Source of the DNA: an uncultured bacterium
GTDB lineage: Bacteria > Patescibacteriota > Andersenbacteria > UBA10190 > CAIZMI01
DNA length: 64,000 bases
NCBI GenBank assembly: GCA_903934015.1
Contig: CAIZMI010000034.1
Location: forward strand, 20,378 to 84,377
Direction: 5' to 3'
Under the pieces are notes generated by a model. That model was given only the letters and a program-made list of their open reading frames with translations. It was not told where the DNA came from and did not search any database. Shown here piece after piece: positions 57,075-64,000 of the stretch (positions within the stretch are counted from its first letter, which is position 1; every line of letters begins with the position of its first letter). Position numbers and translations under genes: made by a program.

Positions 57075-57167
57075 ATGATTTTAAATAAAATTGTCTCACG
57101 CCCGATACTAACGGGCAATTCATGAATTGCCCCTACAATAGACCCCGTTTCAATAAAAATAATTCTC

Positions 57168-57674
57168 CTAAAATCCACGAACCTTTACCTTCTTTGTGAG
57201 AAGCGCGTCGGCCTTAGGAATCCGAATTGTAAGAATTCCGTCCTTTAAAGATGCGTCAGCTTTTTCCGAAACAATATCAACAGGCAAAATAATCGAACGG
57301 GAAAAAGATCCCCAATAGCATTCGCGATAAAAATAGTCTTCTTCCGTTACTTCTTCATCGTGACGCCTGGTACCACGAATTGTCACCATGTCATTAGTAA
57401 TCGAAACGTCCAAATCATCAGGTTTTACCCCGGCAATGGTTGACTTAACAACAATGAATTCGGGTGTTTGATAAACATCAACAGTTAACTGCCCTTCTTG
57501 TTCATCCATCGCGCCATTTTTTTCTGCACGGGTTATCGGTAAGCTTTTCGATGGTTCAATTTTTTCATCGTCGGAACGCATTTCCACAACTTGCTCGTCA
57601 TCATCACCCTCGATGTCAACATCGTGGCCGGCCGAACCTGTTAGGCGTTGAAATAGTGATCTTCGTTCTCCCAT
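57168..57674 (-). CDS. Hsp20/alpha-crystallin family small heat-shock protein
   Basis: ACD core (…VDVYQTPEFIVVKSTIAGVKPDDLDVSITNDMVTIRG…LKDGILTIRIPK). Confidence 0.85.
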   Translation of the reverse strand: MGERRSLFQRLTGSAGHDVDIEGDDDEQVVEMRSDDEKIEPSKSLPITRAEKNGAMDEQEGQLTVDVYQTPEFIVVKSTIAGVKPDDLDVSITNDMVTIRGTRRHDEEVTEEDYFYRECYWGSFSRSIILPVDIVSEKADASLKDGILTIRIPKADALLTKKVKVRGF

Positions 57675-57718
57675 ATAGAAACATTATAACAAAAACCCTA
57701 CAAAAATACCAACTACTT

Positions 57719-57898
57719 AGGCGACAGACATAAATAACATTTCCATATTCTGTTCAATACGCTCTGAATACGGTTACTGCGATTGAACAAAATCTTGAGG
57801 CGTACTGTAAGTACGATGAGAGATTTTGTGATTGAGTAGTAATTGTAGTCAGAGATGTAGTGGACATAAGATGGATAGGTTATTTACGTCCGTCGCCT
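57719..57898. repeat. MITE-like 180-bp element with terminal inverted repeats (copy 2)
   Basis: Ends are aggcgacagacataaataac and gttatttacgtccgtcgcct. The element abuts the valS stop codon. Confidence 0.65.
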
Positions 57899-60635
57899 AA
57901 ATCCTCTTTATCAAAGTATCCAAAGCAGTAATCCCATTCTGTTGTTTTTCTAGATCAAGTTTTTTTGCAACAAGTAGTTCCCGCTGTTGCTGAACCACAT
58001 TAACCGGCGCCTTGTCACCCATCTGTATCAAGCGTTGCTCCAATTTAATAATTTCTTCCTGCGCTTTTTTAGTATCTGACTCCATAGTAATCAGCCTTTC
58101 CTTAAGAGGCAAAGTTGAAAGTGTCTCAGTGGTCAAAGCAATCTTTGAACAATATGTTGCCGGCAATGACACCCATTTTGCGCCATTTTCTTTTTCAACA
58201 ACTTCTGAAAAATTACTTAATTGCGCAATCGCAGGCCATAACGGTTTTAGATTCCTTTCTGTTTGTAGAAGAATCACTGGCTTTGTACCATTTGGGATTC
58301 CCAATAAATTCCTTATGCTGCGTAGCTCGCCAACAATTGCTTGGAAATATTTAATCTCCTTAATTTCTTTTTTCCTAGACTTAGCAAATTTCGGCCATGC
58401 CGTATTGATCAACATTCCTTTTTTGTCTCCAAAATCCTTCCAAAGCTCTTCAGTGACAAACGGCATAAAAGGATGCAAAAGCACCAGGCATTTTTTAAAC
58501 ACGTCTTTAGCAACATTTGCACTCGTAAGTCCCGGCACCTTACTCACTTCAATGTACCAATCGGCAAATTCATCCCAAATGAAGGCGTGCAGCATTCTTG
58601 TTGCATCACCAAAACGAAACTCATCCAGAGCCACAGTTACTTCTTCAGACACTGTTTCAAGCCGCTGCAAAATCCAATTATCAAATAAGGTCGGGGCTGT
58701 TTTGGCCTTCTTTGCCGAACCAATATACTTTCCAATATTCCATAATTTGTTAGCAAAATTTCGTCCAACCCGCACAGCATTTTCATCAAAACGCAAAGCC
58801 TGCTGATCTTGCTGTGTTTGGATCAACAGACCAAAACGCACCGCGTCTGCGCCATACTGATTAATTAAATCTATTGGATCAATCCCAGTACCCAAAGATT
58901 TACTCATCCTCTGCCCTTTCAGATTCAATACTGTTGGGTGAATAATGACATTCTTAAATGGAATTTGTTGGCTCAAATTTTTCTTGCCGTATTGTTTAGC
59001 GGGTAAATATTTATTCTTATCGGTAAATTCAAGCCCTGAAAAAACCATTCGAGTAACCCAGAGCGCCATAATATCACGCGCCGTCGCCAAAACTGATGTC
59101 GGGTAAAAACGTGCCAAATCATCCGTCATTTCCGGCCATCCAAAAACAGCAAAAGGCCAAAGAGCGGAAGAAAACCAAGTATCTAAAACATCAGGATCTT
59201 GAATAAAATCCGTACCACCACAATCCAGACACTTCTTTGGTTTTACTGAAGAAAACACAACGTGTCCGTTCGTCTTAATCATTCGTTTATCATCATTCGT
59301 CATTCTTCCAGTCTGGCAATACCAAACTGGCAACTGGTGCCCCCACCATAGCTGTCGCGAGACACACCAATCTTTCACTCCGGTTAACCAATCCAAATAC
59401 ACTTTTTTCCAACGCTGAGGTTCAAAATTAATCAAATCTTTTTCCGCAACGATTATAGCCGGTTTTGCCAACGGTCCCATTTTCACAAACCATTGCTTGG
59501 AAACAAGTGGTTGAATAACGGTACTGCAACGATCACACAACGACACATTGTGACGAATTTTTTCCGGCTCACCTTTCAATAATTGTAGTTCCTGTAATTT
59601 TTGCAAAACTTTCTCACGGGCTTCAGATGTAGGTAACCCAACATATTCCAACCCAACAGCTTGGGTCATTTTTCCATCTTCACCAATCACATTAATCACC
59701 TGCAATTTTTGACGTTCACCGATTTCCCAATCAGTCTGGTCGTGTGCCGGAGTAACTTTTACTGCGCCCGTACCAAAAGTTTTGTCGACCGCATGGTCAG
59801 CAACAATTGGAATTTCGCGGTTCGTTAACGGCAGTTTGATTTTCTTTCCAACCAATTCTTGATAACGCCCATCACTCGGATAAACTGCCACCGCCGTATC
59901 TCCCAACATCGTTTCCGGGCGCGTAGTCGCAACAACCACCGAACCGGAACCATCGACCAATGGATAAATAAGATTATAGATTAAGCCGTCACGCTCTTCA
60001 TGTTTTACTTCCAAGTCAGAAATGGATGATGCGCAACGTGGGCACCAATTTACAATGCGATCACCACGGTAAATTAATCCTTTTTTTGCGTAATGAATAA
60101 AGGCCTCTTGCACGGCGCGCACATATTCTTTGTCCATAGTGAATCGCTCGCGCGACCAATCACAAGAAGAACCAACACGACGCAACTGTTTACTAATTGT
60201 GGTTCCCGACTGCCCTTTCCACTGCCACACCCGTTCGATAAATTTTTCGCGACCCAAATCATGGCGCGTCAAACCTTCCTTTTTTAATTGTTTTTCAACA
60301 ACATTCTGCGTAGCAATACCGGCATGATCCATTCCTGGAATCCAGACCGTATCGTCCCCCTTCATGCGGTGATAGCGAATCAAGGCATCCTGCATTGAAG
60401 CATTCAAAGCATGCCCCATATGCAATGAACCGGTAACATTTGGTGGCGGAATTACAATCGAAAAAGACTTTTTTCCACGTGGTTTTTTCACGGCCGGCTG
60501 AAAAGCCTTAGCACGCTCCCAAGCTTTATAAATCTTCTCCTCGGTTAAAGAAGGATCATAAGGCCGTGCGCTTCCCCTCTTTATTAAAGAGGGGCTAGGG
60601 GAGATTTTCTCCGTGTTTTTAGTAGCCATTGACAT
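57897..60635 (-). CDS. valS: valyl-tRNA synthetase
   Basis: HIGH-class motif PPPNVTGSLHMGHAL; KMSKS motif; C-terminal coiled coil. Confidence 0.95.
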   Translation of the reverse strand: MSMATKNTEKISPSPSLIKRGSARPYDPSLTEEKIYKAWERAKAFQPAVKKPRGKKSFSIVIPPPNVTGSLHMGHALNASMQDALIRYHRMKGDDTVWIPGMDHAGIATQNVVEKQLKKEGLTRHDLGREKFIERVWQWKGQSGTTISKQLRRVGSSCDWSRERFTMDKEYVRAVQEAFIHYAKKGLIYRGDRIVNWCPRCASSISDLEVKHEERDGLIYNLIYPLVDGSGSVVVATTRPETMLGDTAVAVYPSDGRYQELVGKKIKLPLTNREIPIVADHAVDKTFGTGAVKVTPAHDQTDWEIGERQKLQVINVIGEDGKMTQAVGLEYVGLPTSEAREKVLQKLQELQLLKGEPEKIRHNVSLCDRCSTVIQPLVSKQWFVKMGPLAKPAIIVAEKDLINFEPQRWKKVYLDWLTGVKDWCVSRQLWWGHQLPVWYCQTGRMTNDDKRMIKTNGHVVFSSVKPKKCLDCGGTDFIQDPDVLDTWFSSALWPFAVFGWPEMTDDLARFYPTSVLATARDIMALWVTRMVFSGLEFTDKNKYLPAKQYGKKNLSQQIPFKNVIIHPTVLNLKGQRMSKSLGTGIDPIDLINQYGADAVRFGLLIQTQQDQQALRFDENAVRVGRNFANKLWNIGKYIGSAKKAKTAPTLFDNWILQRLETVSEEVTVALDEFRFGDATRMLHAFIWDEFADWYIEVSKVPGLTSANVAKDVFKKCLVLLHPFMPFVTEELWKDFGDKKGMLINTAWPKFAKSRKKEIKEIKYFQAIVGELRSIRNLLGIPNGTKPVILLQTERNLKPLWPAIAQLSNFSEVVEKENGAKWVSLPATYCSKIALTTETLSTLPLKERLITMESDTKKAQEEIIKLEQRLIQMGDKAPVNVVQQQRELLVAKKLDLEKQQNGITALDTLIKRI

Positions 60636-60704
60636 AAAGTAAGTACCTGAGTAAGATACCTTGTTCCGCGTGTTCTTTCAATTTTTTCTGTACGGAGAAC
60701 GACA

Positions 60705-60995
60705 ATGCCTGCTCATGCAGTCGCAATCACCTGCGAGTCGAATAGCGAAGCCCTGAAAGTCGCCACAGATACGGTCAATCACCTGCGAAACGGCACTGAG
60801 GCGGTACAAATATTGTACCGAAACGCAGATGATATCAATCGGGTGAAGGTCTACATTCCGGGGATAGCCCTCGAAGATGAAGAATTCACCATTTCCGAAA
60901 CAAAAATTGGGGACCCAAATTCTTCGGAACATATTATGTGTCATGTCCTCACAATCACCCGCAAGCCCCCGAAGGACATACCACAACCCTATTGA
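60705..60995 (+). CDS. hypothetical protein
   Basis: 96-aa ORF followed by a plus-strand terminator (gccgc-taaccac-gcggc plus a T-run) at ~61017-61050. It is preferred over the overlapping minus-strand ORF. Confidence 0.35.
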   Translation: MPAHAVAITCESNSEALKVATDTVNHLRNGTEAVQILYRNADDINRVKVYIPGIALEDEEFTISETKIGDPNSSEHIMCHVLTITRKPPKDIPQPY

Positions 60996-61196
60996 TCCGA
61001 TGGTACTGATAAACCCCGCCGCTAACCACGCGGCTTTTTTTATTTTATTTTGCATCTGCAAAATAAAATAACCCTGCGCTTTTACCCTGAGCCGAGTCGA
61101 AGGGTGTCGAAGGGTATTACGTATGCGGTATGTTGTATTTAGTATGCTGTATAAACGCGACGCCGATACCACATACAGCATACCGAATACCGCATC

Positions 61197-62186
61197 CTAC
61201 GCCGGCATCTCAATGCCGAGTAAAGCTGCCGCGCCTATCATTGCCGCATTATCCGTACAATATTTTATCGGTGGGACAATGAATTGTGTATCACCCAAAG
61301 CCGTTTTCATTGTTTCACGCAGTTTTGTATTGGCAGCCACACCACCGGCAATGATTACTTCTTGCGCACCTTCTTGTTGTACAGCTTTTAATGTTTTTTG
61401 TATCAGAATATCGACAATCGCATTTTGTGCGCTGGCGGCCACATCTGCTTTTTCTTGCAATGATAATTTTTTATCACGAATTGCGTAATAAACGGATGTT
61501 TTCAATCCCGAAAAACTAAAATCTAAATCTTCCGAATTAAACATCGGTCGCGGAAAATCAAATGCTTTTCCATAACCTTGCAATGCTAATTTTGCCAATT
61601 CCGGACCACCAGGATATGGAAGTTCCAATAATCGTGCAATTTTATCAAACGCTTCACCGGCCGCGTCGTCTCTTGTCTGACCAAGTAATTTCATTTCCAG
61701 TTTTTCATTCAACTGAAAAAGTTGCGTGTGACCACCAGAAACAACAAGTACAGTCGCGGGAAACTTGTGAATAATTGTTTCTTTCTCTGAGGACAACCAC
61801 GCAGCAGCAATATGCCCAGCAATATGATGTACCGGCACAAACGGCTTATTCCAGGCAGCCGCCAACGCCCACCCAGCCGTTTCTCCCACCACCAACGCTG
61901 GTCTCAGCCCCGGTTGCGTAGTTGTTACAATGGCATCAATTTCTTCTTTCGTAATTCCTGCCCGTTTCACTGCTTCCGCAATTACAGGAATAATCGCCTC
62001 AACATGCGCCCGTGCCGCCACCTCTGGCACTACCCCGCCCGTAATCTTATGAATATCAATCTGCGAAGAAACAATGGACGACAAAACGACGATTGATTGA
62101 TGATTAATGATTAATGATTGATGAAGTTCAACGACCGCTACGGCGGTTTCATCACAAGATGTTTCAATTGCTAAAACGCGTTTCAT
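61197..62186 (-). CDS. tsaD: tRNA N6-adenosine threonylcarbamoyltransferase
   Basis: MKRVLAIETSCDETAVAVVE… and conserved His/Asp metal-binding positions. Confidence 0.9.
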   Translation of the reverse strand: MKRVLAIETSCDETAVAVVELHQSLIINHQSIVVLSSIVSSQIDIHKITGGVVPEVAARAHVEAIIPVIAEAVKRAGITKEEIDAIVTTTQPGLRPALVVGETAGWALAAAWNKPFVPVHHIAGHIAAAWLSSEKETIIHKFPATVLVVSGGHTQLFQLNEKLEMKLLGQTRDDAAGEAFDKIARLLELPYPGGPELAKLALQGYGKAFDFPRPMFNSEDLDFSFSGLKTSVYYAIRDKKLSLQEKADVAASAQNAIVDILIQKTLKAVQQEGAQEVIIAGGVAANTKLRETMKTALGDTQFIVPPIKYCTDNAAMIGAAALLGIEMPA

Positions 62187-62272
62187 AGCTGAAAATGTAG
62201 CACTAGAAACCAAAAACGAGAAATTAAAAATATAAAACTGACTTAATTTTTCTAATTTCCAACAACTCCTAC

Positions 62273-62662
62273 TTACACACCGACGCGCTCACCCACAAAT
62301 TTCTGAACGACTTTTACAAGATCAATTGGCAAAAGATCTGCTTTTAGCAAAACATTTTTTGCACCCAAAGCCAACGCTTCTTTTTCCATTCCATCAAACT
62401 GTGCGTTTGAAAGTAAAATTACCGGTCCGTTTGGAATTTTTGACGATTCGACATTTAACCGACGAAGCACGCCCATACCATCCAATTTAGGCATCAATAA
62501 ATCAAGAAGAATCACCGCGTACCCCCCACTACTTGCTTTCACCAGCGCTTCTTCTCCGTCCTGCGCCACATCAACCTCAAAACCGTTGCGTGTAAGAACG
62601 ATATTGTACATATTGCGTAATGCTTCATCGTCTTCTACTAAAAGAACTTTACTTTGAGACAT
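62273..62662 (-). CDS. single-domain response regulator (receiver domain only)
   Basis: REC motifs VLLVEDDEAL, phospho-Asp context ILLDLLMP, and a K-box. Confidence 0.85.
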   Translation of the reverse strand: MSQSKVLLVEDDEALRNMYNIVLTRNGFEVDVAQDGEEALVKASSGGYAVILLDLLMPKLDGMGVLRRLNVESSKIPNGPVILLSNAQFDGMEKEALALGAKNVLLKADLLPIDLVKVVQKFVGERVGV

Positions 62663-62771
62663 AAATTATTAGAAAAAGATTAATATTTAGCCAAAAACCC
62701 GACTATCAATTTATTATAGCTTATCACAAATCGAAGCAGTAGATACCCCGAACATAAACAAATAAATTATT

Positions 62772-63462
62772 TCAGCCTGTAGATATTCCAAAAATATACC
62801 CACGAATCATGCAAAACAATTTTCTATCGTTAACCCTAATATGAATTGTGCCAAACGGAAGCGCGTACGTCGGTCTTTTATGCTTACTTGCACGACTTAC
62901 CGCAACAGAAACCCAAAACATCTCTACCGGCAATCCGATAACGTTAGCCCAATAAACCTTTGCTTTTCCTGCGTCAACGTTTGGGTGGATAATTATGCCT
63001 GGCTTTATGTTTTCATCTTTTACACATAAAATTTCTCGCAAATATCTCATAAACACCTTCACCATACAAAGATCGGAATTTACGAATGTTACTAATTGAT
63101 ACCCCTTTGAAAGTTGTTTATTTACACCCTCCCCCCCAATACAACGACGTTCCGATCATTAATAAGTCTCTTTTTGAAAGCCTTCCGATTTCCTGTTCCG
63201 CATCCTTATAAATAATATTATTCTCACGAATAATTGCTGCGGTTCGTCTTTTATTAAATTCCGTTAAATTTTTCTCTTTTGACTGACTCGTAAGACGCCT
63301 CAACCTATTCCTTGCTTTAATCCCCAACTCAATATCACGAAACCAAAAACTTAATGTCCCTTTTGATAAAATGTCTAATTGGTTCATTATTTCGCCATAA
63401 CTCTTGCCCTGCTTTCTTAAATCAATTGCCATTTTCTTTTTGACGTTAAGTACCTTTGTCAT
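62772..63462 (-). pseudogene. HTH-containing protein split by a frameshift in a G7 run
   Basis: The 114-aa N-terminal ORF (HTH AIDLRKQGKSYGEIMNQLDILSKGT) ends …LYWGGGCK. Deleting one G in gggggggag reads …LYWGEGVNKQLSKGYQLVTFVNSDLCMVKVFMRYL… straight into the 62772-63065 ORF. Confidence 0.5.
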
Positions 63463-63587
63463 AACCTAATAATACCATATTCTGGAGTACTATTTTATCT
63501 TATTCAGACTATAGAATAATCATCTACGTAAAATATAACCCTTCTTGCCATAATAGTTATAATTCATTATTCTATAGTCACGATTTT

Positions 63588-63659
63588 GGCCCTATCGTCT
63601 AACGGCTAGGACACGAGACTTTCATTCTCGTAATCGGGGTTCGATTCCCCGTGGGGCTA
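63588..63659 (+). tRNA. tRNA-Glu (anticodon TTC)
   Basis: Anticodon stem cgaga/tctcg with loop ctTTCat; T-arm cgggg-ttcgatt-ccccg; acceptor 3' strand tggggct; 4-nt variable loop. Confidence 0.8.
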
Positions 63660-63964
63660 CTCGAGATTTGTTTCGCTTAGCGAAACTATATAATGTACAC
63701 AAAACAACCAAACATCCCGTTTGGTTGTTTTGCACAAGAATCGAAGAACTCCGAGACTCTAGGCGCTCGATAGCGCCGAGTCTCGGAGCAGCATTGATTA
63801 ATGCCCTTTACGGGTGTTTTTAAATATCTTCTGTCGAATATGGGGAATCGAACGGTATTTTGAAAACATGAACTGCTTCATGTTTTCAAAAACCGAGGCT
63901 TCGCAGGAGGAGTTGCGCATCGAGCCGAAGCGAGGCGCAGCGACGGAAGCGAAGGATTCCCCGT
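63660..63964 (+). repeat. tRNA-Glu-linked miniature element: conserved module 1 plus hairpins, an antisense T-arm, and a 19-nt direct repeat of the tRNA 3' end
   Basis: Contains ctcgagatttgtttcgcttagcgaaac…aatgtacacaaaaca, a hairpin, then ttttgcacaagaatcgaa. A hairpin ctccgagactc…gagtctcggag follows, then the antisense T-arm ggggaatcgaac. cgattccccgtggggctac occurs at 63641-63659 and again at 63946-63964. Confidence 0.6.
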
Positions 63965-64000
63965 GGGGCTACCAAGTAATAAAAACACCGTGCCAAAAGC

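Noticed and set aside
60678-61181. 167-aa minus-strand ORF
   Set aside because: It overlaps a plus-strand ORF that is followed by a plus-strand terminator. The minus-strand product is Cys- and Arg-rich and low in complexity. Only the plus-strand ORF is kept, at low confidence.

Overview
This ~40% GC bacterial window has very dense, mostly small genes, at least nine Nudix hydrolase paralogs, and little biosynthetic core. I infer a reduced-genome, CPR/Patescibacteria-like organism. Every call below is by eye from the sequence and ORF track; no searches were run.

Housekeeping genes are present (clpC partial, comF, band-7, tyrS, valS, two murA paralogs, gmd, tsaD, hsp20, a hldE-like kinase and a sugar nucleotidyltransferase). 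They are interleaved with a large amount of accessory and mobile material:

- Six tRNA loci (Ser-GGA, Lys-CTT, Ser-GCT, Arg-GCG, Glu-TTC, plus interrupted pseudo-copies) are each followed by short conserved structured modules. These show compensatory hairpin changes, carry an antisense copy of the cognate T-arm, and in two loci (Lys, Glu) end in a ~20-nt direct repeat of the tRNA 3' end. The Arg locus instead has a nearby ~18-nt copy of the tRNA 3' end embedded in a 15-bp inverted repeat, and Ser(GGA) has no 3'-end repeat.
- A free-standing double-motif LAGLIDADG endonuclease sits next to the tRNA-Arg cluster.
- An adenine-type DNA methyltransferase is translationally coupled to a DUF262-HNH nuclease next to tRNA-Ser(GCT).
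- An IS3-family element and an IS200/IS605 element are present. The IS200 element is inserted in the 3' end of a kinase gene.
- A 180-bp MITE-like element with inverted ends occurs twice, and a 34-bp perfect palindrome occurs twice.
- Four degenerate copies of the tyrS 3' end are spread over ~14 kb. They suggest serial island integration at tyrS.
- The interval they bound carries a sugar-phosphate-cyclase / ATP-grasp / methyltransferase operon (mycosporine-like or cyclitol-like) with a B12-radical-SAM enzyme and a kinase.
- Toxin-antitoxin-like pairs are present (HEPN/MNT, and a DUF1814-type NTase with a small protein).
- Several single-base frameshifts sit exactly at homopolymer runs. Either the assembly has homopolymer errors or these are true pseudogenes.
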